Shown here piece after piece: positions 1 through 8,350 of a stretch of 64,000 bases of DNA. The stretch comes from Bacteroidales bacterium (GTDB lineage: Bacteria; Bacteroidota; Bacteroidia; Bacteroidales; F082), in the NCBI GenBank assembly GCA_045600605.1, contig JAZRYG010000060.1, forward strand, positions 17,131 to 81,130, written 5' to 3'. A program made the translations under genes and the position numbers. Position 1 is the first letter of the stretch. Each line of letters starts with the position of its first letter. A model generated the notes under the pieces. It was not told the DNA's origin and did not search any database. It saw only the letters and a program-made list of their open reading frames with translations.

Positions 1-234
1 ACACTCGATGCAGAAGAGACATTCGGCACCGTCGAGGCAGTGAAGACATCATCAGAGCTTTTCATGCCGGTGGCAGGTAAGGTCGTTGAGTTCAACGAGG
101 CTCTCGCCGACGCCCCTGAGTTGGTCAACAAAGACCCGTACAGCGAAGGCTGGATGATCAAGGTTGAAGTCAACAACGCAGCCGACATCGAAGGTCTCCT
201 TGATGCCGAAGCATACAAAGCTCTCATCGGCTAA
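1..234 (+). CDS. gcvH: Glycine cleavage system protein H, C-terminal part (5' end upstream of window)
   Basis: Frame open from base 1 to TAA 232-234. Contains ...[25 protein letters not shown]...[11 protein letters not shown], with the lipoyl-lysine context (E-x-VK) and the GcvH C-terminal motif. Confidence 0.9.
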   Translation, partial: TLDAEETFGTVEAVKTSSELFMPVAGKVVEFNEALADAPELVNKDPYSEGWMIKVEVNNAADIEGLLDAEAYKALIG

Positions 235-237
235 TCA

Positions 238-648
238 TTGAGGCACCTTACAAGAAATATCCTCCCCGGCTTGATCTGCGGTATCGTCATCATGATACTG
301 ACGGGACTGCCGGGGTCTTGTTTTCCAACGGTAAAGACGTTCTGGCAATGGCTCGGTCCCGACAAGATTGTTCACCTTCTCATGTTTGGGACGCTGGCAT
401 TCCTGATACCGTTCGGGTATCGGTGTGACTATGTCCAACGGGACATCGCGTACGGGAAAAGGCTTCTTTGGCTGTCGCTGCTCATCGCCGCAGCCTACGG
501 AGGCCTCACCGAACTGCTGCAGAGGTATGTCTTCATCGGCAGGTCAGGGTCGTTGTATGACTTCTATGCAGATGTAATCGGTTGTGTATTAGGAGTTTTT
601 ATCTTCAAAATGTCGTACCGAAAAAAAATGAAAAAAAATCGCGCTTAG
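238..648 (+). CDS. VanZ-like family membrane protein
   Basis: Four hydrophobic segments. GGLTELLQRYVFIGRSGSLYDFYADVIG resembles the VanZ core. The start is uncertain: TTG at 238, or ATG at 292. Confidence 0.65.
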   Translation: MRHLTRNILPGLICGIVIMILTGLPGSCFPTVKTFWQWLGPDKIVHLLMFGTLAFLIPFGYRCDYVQRDIAYGKRLLWLSLLIAAAYGGLTELLQRYVFIGRSGSLYDFYADVIGCVLGVFIFKMSYRKKMKKNRA

Positions 649-704
649 TTCAATAATATTTGTTATCTTCGCAGCGTTTTTCAAACCGAATAAAATTCAG
701 AAAT

Positions 705-1391
705 ATGGAAATAAAAAAATCACCTAAAGCAGATCTTGACGGCAAGAAATTGACGTTCACTCTCATCGGATTGGTAGTTTCATTGTTTGTCATTTGGCGT
801 GTCTTCGAATACAAGAGCTATGACAAGCAGACAGCGGAAGTCTTCCAGAGACAGACAGAAGTCATTGAGGAAGAGATGGTTGAAATCACAAAACAGGAAC
901 AGCCCAAGCCACCGGTTCAGGCTCCGAAGCCACAGGTAACACAGATTCAGGTCGTTGAAGACGACGTTGAGGTTGAAGACGAAATCGACCTTAACGCTGA
1001 GGTTTCGCAGGATGAGGTTCTTGAGGAATATGTTTACGAAGCCCCTGAGATGGAGGAGGAAGAGATTGTCGAGGCTGAAATCTTCAAGGTGGTGGAAGAG
1101 ATGCCAGAGTTCCCTGGCGGAACGGCAAAGCTCCTTGAATACATCGGAAAGAACATCAAATACCCTATGATGGCGCGTGAGAGCGACATTCAGGGCAAGG
1201 TTTACGTCAACTTCGTCGTTGAGCCGAACGGATCAATCTCACACGTCGAGGTGCTGCGTGGCATCGGCGGCGGCTGCGATGAAGAGGCAGTCCGCGTTGT
1301 GCAGTCAATGCCTAACTGGAAGCCTGGCAAACAGCGTGGCGCACCGGTCCGCGTGCAGTACATGGTGCCAATCGTGTTCAAACTCCAGTAA
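705..1391 (+). CDS. TonB family energy-transducer protein
   Basis: N-terminal TM anchor, Pro/Glu-rich linker (QPKPPVQAPKPQ plus acidic tract) and a TonB_C-like end (EEMPEFPGG...YP..A....QGKVYVNFVVEPNGSISHVEVLRG). The ATG at 705 is preferred over the alternative start in the ORF track. Confidence 0.85.
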   Translation: MEIKKSPKADLDGKKLTFTLIGLVVSLFVIWRVFEYKSYDKQTAEVFQRQTEVIEEEMVEITKQEQPKPPVQAPKPQVTQIQVVEDDVEVEDEIDLNAEVSQDEVLEEYVYEAPEMEEEEIVEAEIFKVVEEMPEFPGGTAKLLEYIGKNIKYPMMARESDIQGKVYVNFVVEPNGSISHVEVLRGIGGGCDEEAVRVVQSMPNWKPGKQRGAPVRVQYMVPIVFKLQ

Positions 1392-1476
1392 GACTGAAAT
1401 CGAAAAAAATATGAAAGAGACATACTATATGTCTCTTTTTTTTGTTACTTTTGTACGTTTTTTAATGAAAGAATAA

Positions 1477-2388
1477 GTGGAGAAAAAAGGCAAATATATC
1501 TTCAAACTCTTCGGAAACAAAGACCTTCCGGCATATTTCCTCGAACGGCGCAACGTCGTCAGGATGATAGTCTTCACGACATTCTATTCCTTGGTTTTTA
1601 TCAACGTTTTCCGCCCGTTCAACTCCGAGAACTGGATACCTAACATCAACAGCAGCAGCTACTTCCTGTATTCTTCGATCTTAGTCATCGTCGGCATGGT
1701 CGTCGTCTCGCTGAGTCGTGTGCTGATGCGTCTTTTTGTGAAAAAAGTCCAGCTGGGTTTCTTCGAATATATACTGTGGCTGGTGTTTGAGGCGATTCTC
1801 CTCGCTGCGTTCTATGTCTTCATCGGCCATGAGGTCGGCTTCGTGGAGAATTACATGACGGAAAATCCCGGCACCACGTTCTGGATAGCGATGTTCGACA
1901 TATATAAGAAAGCGGCGGCGAACACGTTCTGGATGCTGCTCATACCATATACGATCTCGCTGCTGTACCTCAGCAATGAAGACATCAAGAAACGTCTCGC
2001 CGAAAGCGAGAACAAACCCGCCGGCAGAATCATACAGTTCAAGGACGAACGGGGCGAGATACGCTTCTCGACGGCGTTGGAGAACATCCTTTATATCGAG
2101 GCGGCTGACAACTACGTGAATATCAAATACGTGAACAACGACAAGATTTCTGATTTCATACTCAGGAACAAGCTCAAGAATGTGGAGGAAGACATGGCTA
2201 ACACGCCACTGAAACGCTGCCACCGCTCGTATATGATCAACTTGGTGCATGTCTTGTCGATAAAACACGACCTGTCGGACATCAGCATCGAGTTCGACAC
2301 GACAAGCATCAAAGGCATCACGGTGACAAAGACCTACCAGGACTCCATCATCGACGCCTTCGTGAAGTATTCAGGTCAAAAACAATGA
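1477..2388 (+). CDS. Membrane-anchored LytTR DNA-binding domain protein (no receiver domain)
   Basis: About 170 aa with 4 hydrophobic helices, followed by a LytTR core (ILYIEAADNYVNIKYVNNDK...RCHRSYMINLVHV). GTG start. The stop overlaps the next ATG (ATGA at 2385-2388). Confidence 0.8.
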   Translation: MEKKGKYIFKLFGNKDLPAYFLERRNVVRMIVFTTFYSLVFINVFRPFNSENWIPNINSSSYFLYSSILVIVGMVVVSLSRVLMRLFVKKVQLGFFEYILWLVFEAILLAAFYVFIGHEVGFVENYMTENPGTTFWIAMFDIYKKAAANTFWMLLIPYTISLLYLSNEDIKKRLAESENKPAGRIIQFKDERGEIRFSTALENILYIEAADNYVNIKYVNNDKISDFILRNKLKNVEEDMANTPLKRCHRSYMINLVHVLSIKHDLSDISIEFDTTSIKGITVTKTYQDSIIDAFVKYSGQKQ

Positions 2389-4352
2389 AGATGAAAAGGA
2401 TTCTGACAGTTTTGATGTTTCTGCTTGTGCTCCTGCCGGGGCGGGAGATGAAGGCGCAGTACAACCACAAGCATTATATCCTCATGGGAAAGATCGACCT
2501 GTCGAACGAGAAATATTCCGACGCGATACAGAACTTCAACATCGCGATTCTTGCGAAGCCGAACGACTTTGAGGGCTATTTCCTCCGCGGGATAGCGAAA
2601 TACAGCCTCTCCGACTTCAGCGGCGCCGTTGACGATTTCACGAGGACCATCGAGCTTCATCCTCTGTACGTGAGGGCATATCATTACCGCGGTGTCGCCA
2701 ACGACCAGCTATCGAACTACGCCGCCGCGATGGACGACTTCCGCAAGGCCATCGGCATGGACCCGTACGACGAGGAGCTGCATCTCGCCAGCGGCTCGAC
2801 ACGGATGCACCTCAACGACTATGAAGGCGCGATAGCCGAGTTCGACACGGCGTTGATAATCAACCCCGAGAACTCCAACGCGCTCATCTCACGCGGCGTG
2901 GCGAAGAGATATATCGACGACCTCGACGGCGCCGTCAACGACCTGAACCTCGCCGTGTACAACGACTTCTTCAACATCGAGGCCGTCATCCGGCGCGGGA
3001 TGCTCGAGATAGAGGCGGAAGACTACCAGGCCGCGATGGACGACTTCAACAACGCGATAAAACTCGACAAGAACAACCCGCTGATTTACTTCAACCGCGC
3101 CGCGGCTTTCCTCAACCTCGGCGACACCGCCGCCGCACTCAGAGACTACGAGAAAGTCAACAACCTCGACCAACGCAATGCGCTGACGTACTTCAACCGC
3201 GCCATAATATACACGATGATCGGTGAATATGACGTGGCGCTCGCGCTGTATGACAAGGCCATCGAAATCAACCCGCAGAACATCTACACGTATTTCAACA
3301 GAGGCATCCTGTTCTGCAACCTCGAGGACTGGGACGCGGCGGAAGACGACTTCAGCACCGTCATCGACCTCTTCCCCGACTTCATCGACGCATGGGTCAA
3401 CCGTGCGGCGGTGAGATATGAGAAGAACGACACACGCGGCGCCGAGATGGACCGCTGGCACGCACGCGAAATCATGGCACTCGTGAATGACAACGAGTCA
3501 AACATCGACTCGCTGTATCAGAACTACGCGAATAAAGACTACAACAAGATCATCCGTTTCGAGTCGGACTTCGTGAACGGCGACCGCCAGAACTCACTGA
3601 CACAGTTCTCCGACATCGTCATCAGACCGTGCAAGAGTCTGATAGTGAATCTGACAGACAAGAACGCCTCCCGTTACGATGCGGTGATGAGCCAGCTCTC
3701 CGAGATGGCAGGCCTCGGCGGAAGAATGGCGTATGTCGTCAACGACTTGCAAGAGGAAAGCCATGAGTCGCTCCTCAACGACTCGATAATATCAAAGGTC
3801 GCTGACGGGAAAGTCAGGGAGTTTTTGGACGGTTTGAACAACTTCGAGATGTTCAACTACCAGCGCAGCGAGGTGATATTCCGCTCGCTCCTCGGCCATC
3901 CGCTCCTCGGCGTCTATGCCGGCATCAACCTCGCCGCCGTGCAGTACGCCAAGGCGGAACTCGTACTCGTTGACCGCAGCTATGACAACTCAGTGTATAT
4001 CACGCAGAAGAAGTCGCACGACAAGACTTTCGCCGAACAGAACGCCACGCCCGACTACAGCATCGCGGCCTCTACCCTCGAGACGCTGCTTCAGGACAAC
4101 AAGAAAAACCCGTATCTGTGGTACAACCTCGGCAACGTGCATCTTCAGATGAAACAGTTCCAACGCGCCATCGACGATTTCACGATGGCTATAAAATATG
4201 ACTCACATCTCGGGGAGGCTTATTACAACCGCGCCCTGACGTTGCTTTATCTGCGTAAGAACGAATTGGCAATCAAGGATTTAAGCAAGGCCGGCGAACT
4301 CGGGATAACAGACGCCTACGTCGTGATGAAACGTTTTTCGGGAAATAAATAA
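2385..4352 (+). CDS. Secreted tetratricopeptide-repeat (TPR) protein
   Basis: Signal peptide MKMKRILTVLMFLLVLLPG. Many 34-aa repeats with the A..D[FY]..A[IL]...P.....Y..RG pattern at both ends of the protein. Confidence 0.85.
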   Translation: MKMKRILTVLMFLLVLLPGREMKAQYNHKHYILMGKIDLSNEKYSDAIQNFNIAILAKPNDFEGYFLRGIAKYSLSDFSGAVDDFTRTIELHPLYVRAYHYRGVANDQLSNYAAAMDDFRKAIGMDPYDEELHLASGSTRMHLNDYEGAIAEFDTALIINPENSNALISRGVAKRYIDDLDGAVNDLNLAVYNDFFNIEAVIRRGMLEIEAEDYQAAMDDFNNAIKLDKNNPLIYFNRAAAFLNLGDTAAALRDYEKVNNLDQRNALTYFNRAIIYTMIGEYDVALALYDKAIEINPQNIYTYFNRGILFCNLEDWDAAEDDFSTVIDLFPDFIDAWVNRAAVRYEKNDTRGAEMDRWHAREIMALVNDNESNIDSLYQNYANKDYNKIIRFESDFVNGDRQNSLTQFSDIVIRPCKSLIVNLTDKNASRYDAVMSQLSEMAGLGGRMAYVVNDLQEESHESLLNDSIISKVADGKVREFLDGLNNFEMFNYQRSEVIFRSLLGHPLLGVYAGINLAAVQYAKAELVLVDRSYDNSVYITQKKSHDKTFAEQNATPDYSIAASTLETLLQDNKKNPYLWYNLGNVHLQMKQFQRAIDDFTMAIKYDSHLGEAYYNRALTLLYLRKNELAIKDLSKAGELGITDAYVVMKRFSGNK

Positions 4353-4360
4353 TCATTACC

Positions 4361-4798
4361 ATGAAAAAGAAAATAATAATAATTATCGCTCTCTTGGCTG
4401 CCATCGCGATATGCACCGCCGCGGCGATTTGGATCATCAATGAATCAAAATATGTGAAACCGGAATGCATTGAGCCCGAGGTGTTTGAGGATATTGAGTT
4501 CGACTCCGACCTGCTGATAGGACTCTGGAGCGAGAACTCGGTGTATTACCGTTACAACGACGACGGGAGTGCAGTCACATGGGACACGGCCGACGACATC
4601 GTTGAGAGTGAAGGCACCAAGGTGCTATGGGAGTTGCGTCACAACCTCTTCACACATTATTACGTGATGGAGATAGGCGGCGTGGTGCCGAAGATGTACA
4701 ACATAAAACAGCTTGAACTCGACATCCTCGAATACAACGACGACTATGGCGTGAGCCACGTCTTCAAGAGGGTGGAGGAGCCTGATTTTGTCAATTAG
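4361..4798 (+). CDS. Hypothetical N-terminally anchored small protein
   Basis: ATG start, N-terminal hydrophobic anchor (IIIIIALLAAIAICTAAAIWII) and codon usage typical of the neighbours. I recognise no family motif. Confidence 0.55.
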   Translation: MKKKIIIIIALLAAIAICTAAAIWIINESKYVKPECIEPEVFEDIEFDSDLLIGLWSENSVYYRYNDDGSAVTWDTADDIVESEGTKVLWELRHNLFTHYYVMEIGGVVPKMYNIKQLELDILEYNDDYGVSHVFKRVEEPDFVN

Positions 4799-6387
4799 CG
4801 GCTTTTTTTCAGTTTGATGACTTTCGGTGTCTTCCCGATGAACTGCGGCATCGTCATCCCGACCGACGCGTTGATGTATGTCGGGTCGCAGACGTAGTAA
4901 CGCTTGCCGCCGTAGGTGAACGCATCGCCTTTGGCTTTGAAGTCGTCGCCGAAAAACACCGCCGTCGCCACATGTCCTTCGTATTGAAGGCCAATGACTT
5001 TCGCATCGGTGTATGTCGTCACGAGCCATGAGAACAGCGCGGCGCGGTCTTCGCAGTCGCTGTACGGATAGGCGATCACTTCTTCCGGATAGAAATATTT
5101 CTCATAGCCGAACTGGTCATCGTCGGTCTTGTAGTCGAAGGCGTTCTGTACGAAATGAAGCAGCATGTCGATGAACTCGTAAGGTGTTTTCTCGGCTCTC
5201 ATCGCCGCGAGGTTTGTGTTGAGTTCGTTTTGTGCCTCAATGGAGATTGGTGAGGCGAAATAGATGGGGAAGACCGTCATCGGCACGTCGTTGAGGTAGG
5301 CGATGTGCGATGAGTTGTACGGCAGCGTGATTTCCCTGTTTTTGGTGAGGTTGAGAGTTCTCACGATGTCGCACTTGCCCATGTTGAGGTTGCTGTTGAA
5401 GTCGAGCGACATCTGTCGTTTCTCGGCGTCTTGTTTGCAGATGTCGTATGAATAGACCGGCTCGTTGCCCTTACCGCCGAAGACCATGTAGTATTTCACC
5501 TTGCTGCCGTTGTCATCGAAGCGGAAGAAATTGTATGAATAAACATCAAGTTTGTTGTCTATCGCGATGAGTAGCGAGAGTGCGCCTGACTCCTTGCCGC
5601 GCGCCACCCTTGTCTTGAAGTTGCCTTCGTTGCGAAGCATGTAGAAACAGAAGAGCACTCTGTCGTTGTCGTTGGTGAACACCTTGTCGGCGATGGAACG
5701 CAGCAGGCAATAGTAGCCCCATTCGTTAAGTCCGTGGGTGTCAACGATATCCGTCAGTTCGTTCCAGAGGTCTTGGGCGTATCTGTCGTTGGCCGACATG
5801 TCTTTCAGGTATTTTGCGACATCGTTTTCTTTCGTGCTGGCAGCCTTGACGCGCAGATGGCTGTCGAAGTGTATCTTCAGCGCGCAGCCGTAGAAGTTGA
5901 TGTTGAGCATGTCGTTCTTCATCATATCGGCTTTCATCGTCTTGCTGTCGGGAAGCCTGTAAAAGATCGTGGTGTCCTCGTTGCCGGCGCGTTTCCTGAT
6001 GACGTAGCTGTCGGTCAGGCTGCTGTTTTTTCCCGCGACGGAGACGGAGTTCGTCACAGCCGGAAGCTGTTGTATCTCAGTGTATTCCACGTCGCAGTTT
6101 GCCGTATTCGCGTGTCTGTCTGATTTTTTCGCCACGGGGATTTCCTTCGGTTTTGGTGTGTTCATGGCGAGCTGCTCGGCCTTGAAGTCGTTGAACAGCT
6201 TCCATTCCTTTGCCACGAAGTCGGCGAATTCGGCCATGGCCTTGGCCTTGAAGTCGTCGCTCTCTTTCTGCATCGCCTTGATGCCTTGGTTGTATTCCTC
6301 TACGAATTTCTTGTATTCATCTTCAACCTGCGAAAATGAATTCATTGACAATGTGATGATCAATGACAGAATCAGATTTTTCTTCAT
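4795..6387 (-). CDS. Secreted protein with C-terminal transglutaminase-like (Cys-His-Asp) domain
   Basis: Signal peptide MKKNLILSLIITLSMNSFSQ. The C-terminus has YSDCEDRAALFSW...GHVATAVFF...YYVCDPTY, arranged like the transglutaminase/cysteine-protease core triad. Confidence 0.65.
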   Translation of the reverse strand: MKKNLILSLIITLSMNSFSQVEDEYKKFVEEYNQGIKAMQKESDDFKAKAMAEFADFVAKEWKLFNDFKAEQLAMNTPKPKEIPVAKKSDRHANTANCDVEYTEIQQLPAVTNSVSVAGKNSSLTDSYVIRKRAGNEDTTIFYRLPDSKTMKADMMKNDMLNINFYGCALKIHFDSHLRVKAASTKENDVAKYLKDMSANDRYAQDLWNELTDIVDTHGLNEWGYYCLLRSIADKVFTNDNDRVLFCFYMLRNEGNFKTRVARGKESGALSLLIAIDNKLDVYSYNFFRFDDNGSKVKYYMVFGGKGNEPVYSYDICKQDAEKRQMSLDFNSNLNMGKCDIVRTLNLTKNREITLPYNSSHIAYLNDVPMTVFPIYFASPISIEAQNELNTNLAAMRAEKTPYEFIDMLLHFVQNAFDYKTDDDQFGYEKYFYPEEVIAYPYSDCEDRAALFSWLVTTYTDAKVIGLQYEGHVATAVFFGDDFKAKGDAFTYGGKRYYVCDPTYINASVGMTMPQFIGKTPKVIKLKKSR

Positions 6388-6411
6388 GTGTGATGTTTGT
6401 TAAAAAACGTG

Positions 6412-6419
6412 CAAAGATA
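6412..6419 (-). promoter_or_regulatory. -7 promoter box TATCTTTG for the transglutaminase-like gene
   Basis: CAAAGATA on the + strand, 24 nt upstream of the ATG at 6387. Confidence 0.5.
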
Positions 6420-6573
6420 TGCAATATTTTTGAGATTGTGATAAAAATGCCGTGACATTTTCATTTCCAAAATCTTTCGGCATACATTGCCACGCCGTTT
6501 TTTTCGATTGAGACATCGAAAGGAAGTGAGACTGGGAGCGGGAAGTGGATGAAGGAGTAAAGAAATTTATAAT

Positions 6574-6672
6574 TATACCCTTTGTGGTATAAAATAATAC
6601 TTTTTGTAATTTTTATATCTTTTTGGGTATAATTATTAAAATTATTTGTATTTTTGCACCCTAAAAGGTATA
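6574..6672 (+). promoter_or_regulatory. Three operator-like inverted repeats TATACC-N6-GGTATA (6574-6591 perfect; 6614-6631 TATATC-N6-GGTATA; 6655-6672 TGCACC-N6-GGTATA) ahead of the hipB-like gene
   Basis: Read directly from the sequence. Centre-to-centre spacing is 40 and 41 bp. The third site spans the space between the -7 box (6649-6656) and the ATG (6675). Confidence 0.55.
6649..6656 (+). promoter_or_regulatory. -7 promoter box TATTTTTG (TAnnTTTG) for the hipB-like operon
   Basis: Exact match to the Bacteroides sigma-AB -7 consensus, 18 nt upstream of the ATG at 6675. Confidence 0.55.
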
Positions 6673-6674
6673 AA

Positions 6675-6890
6675 ATGAAAACGGTTTTGTCAAAATACGT
6701 CAAGGAAATGCGGAAGCGATATCACTTGACACAGGTTGAATTGTCGGAGAAATCGGGTGTCGGGCTGCGTTTCGTGAGGGATTTGGAGCAGGGTAAGACA
6801 ACGCTGCGTCTCGACAAGGTGAATGATGTCCTTCGACTTTTCGGCATGGAGGTCGGGCCGGTGAAGATGCAAATGGAGGACGAGGGATGA
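6675..6890 (+). CDS. XRE-family HTH protein, HipB-like component of a hipBST-type module
   Basis: LTQVELSEKSGVGLRFVRDLEQGK is a classic XRE helix-turn-helix. The ATG at 6675 lies just downstream of the TATTTTTG box. The stop overlaps the next ATG (ATGA). Confidence 0.8.
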   Translation: MKTVLSKYVKEMRKRYHLTQVELSEKSGVGLRFVRDLEQGKTTLRLDKVNDVLRLFGMEVGPVKMQMEDEG

Positions 6891-7219
6891 AAACAGCGGC
6901 GGTTTATCTGAAAAATTCCTTTGCGGGAACTCTTGTTGAAGATGAAGATGGTTTTACATTTCAATATGATTATCAATATCTTAAACAGCCAAACGCAAAA
7001 CCTGTCAGCCTCACGTTAGCCTTGACGGAGAAACCATATCACAGCAATGTCTTGTTTCCGTTTTTCGATGGTCTGATTCCCGAAGGCTGGCTTCTCGACA
7101 TCGCCGAACGCAGTTGGAAAATCAATCAAAGAGACAGGATGTCGTTGCTGATGGCTTGCTGTAAGGACTGCATCGGGGCGGTCAGTATCGTGCCAAAAAC
7201 TTCGGAGGATGAAATATGA
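6887..7219 (+). CDS. HipA N-terminal-subdomain protein (HipS-like)
   Basis: 110 aa. The segments ...AGTLVEDEDGFTFQYD...PVSLTL...FPFFDGLIPEGWLL...CKDCIGAVSI match the HipA N-terminal 'couple_hipA' pattern. ATGA overlaps on both sides. Confidence 0.8.
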   Translation: MKTAAVYLKNSFAGTLVEDEDGFTFQYDYQYLKQPNAKPVSLTLALTEKPYHSNVLFPFFDGLIPEGWLLDIAERSWKINQRDRMSLLMACCKDCIGAVSIVPKTSEDEI

Positions 7220-8157
7220 AAAGATGTCTTTTTTGCTATAAAGAACTGAATGACAATGAAATAGACTTTCATCCATCGTGTGCTACAAAGATATTCGGCA
7301 CAAAAATTCCGCCAGTTTTACCCTATTCTCGTTCGGAGATTTCCAAACTTGCCGAACAGGTTCTTCGCAGTCAGACCACAGTAACGGGAGTTCAGGCTAA
7401 GTTGTCGCTTGACTTGGAGAAAGACAAGGAAAGTCGTACTCAAAGGTTTACGATTGTCGGGCTTTGGGGTCGTTTCATTCTCAAACCGCAAGCCGATTTC
7501 TATCAGCATCTACCTGAACTTGAAGACGTTACGATGCATCTCGCCGAACTTTCCGGCATTAAGGTCGTGCCTCATTCCCTGATTCGGTTTCCCGATGGAG
7601 AACTGTGTTATATAACACGTCGCATCGACAGGACATCAACAGGTGAGAAGATACAGATGGAGGATTTCTGCCAGCTTTCAGAGAAGCTGACCGAGTACAA
7701 GTATAAAGGCTCATATGAACAAATCGCTAAACTGATAAAAAAACATTCAGACAGCCCGTATTTGGATCTCGCAAATTTCTGGGAGATTGTAGTATTTTCT
7801 TTCGTCACCGGAAATTCCGACATGCATCTCAAAAACTTTTCGTTATTTGAAAATTCCGACGGCAAATACAGTCTCACACCAGCCTACGACTTGATTTCCA
7901 CCAAGTTAGTGATGCCGACCGACACAGAAGAACTCGCCCTGACTTTGAATGCAAAGAAAAGAAAACTCACAAAAAGCGATTTTGTCGTTGCCATGGAAAA
8001 TTCAGGGCTCAACGGGAAAACCATTCAGAACATTTTCACAAAAATAACTGAATCCAAAGAGTCATGGTTCAGTTTCATTGACAGCTCATTTTTGCCTGAC
8101 GAAATGAAAAACAACTATAAGAAACTGATTGTCAATAATTTTGAATCTATCCGTTGA
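7216..8157 (+). CDS. HipA-family Ser/Thr kinase core (HipT-like toxin)
   Basis: Gly-rich loop TVTGVQAKLSL, catalytic GNSDMHLKNFSL and Mg-binding PAYDLIST. It lacks the N-subdomain, which is encoded by the preceding gene. Confidence 0.85.
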   Translation: MKRCLFCYKELNDNEIDFHPSCATKIFGTKIPPVLPYSRSEISKLAEQVLRSQTTVTGVQAKLSLDLEKDKESRTQRFTIVGLWGRFILKPQADFYQHLPELEDVTMHLAELSGIKVVPHSLIRFPDGELCYITRRIDRTSTGEKIQMEDFCQLSEKLTEYKYKGSYEQIAKLIKKHSDSPYLDLANFWEIVVFSFVTGNSDMHLKNFSLFENSDGKYSLTPAYDLISTKLVMPTDTEELALTLNAKKRKLTKSDFVVAMENSGLNGKTIQNIFTKITESKESWFSFIDSSFLPDEMKNNYKKLIVNNFESIR

Positions 8158-8270
8158 GGTGACTTAAAAATGTTGGGCGAAACAACAATTCGGGGATGTT
8201 TCTGTTTTTCGGGTAAAGATAAATTTAATTTCGTTTCCTACTAATATACCCACACTGCCTATATTTTCCA

Positions 8271-8331
8271 CGATTTTATTTCTATATCTATCAAAAAATT
8301 AGAGTTATAGAAATAAAATCGCTGTTTTTTG
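8271..8331 (+). terminator. Intrinsic terminator candidate after the hipBST-type operon
   Basis: A 16-bp perfect inverted repeat, CGATTTTATTTCTATA (8271-8286) / TATAGAAATAAAATCG (8306-8321), with a 19-nt loop, followed by CTGTTTTTTG. Confidence 0.6.
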
Positions 8332-8350
8332 ATGCGTTTTGTTTTCTGCT

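Noticed and set aside
6461-6703. 80-aa minus-strand ORF in the hip promoter region.
   Set aside because: The sequence is AT-rich and low-complexity and covers the operator palindromes and the -7 box. It has no promoter of its own and no recognisable motif.
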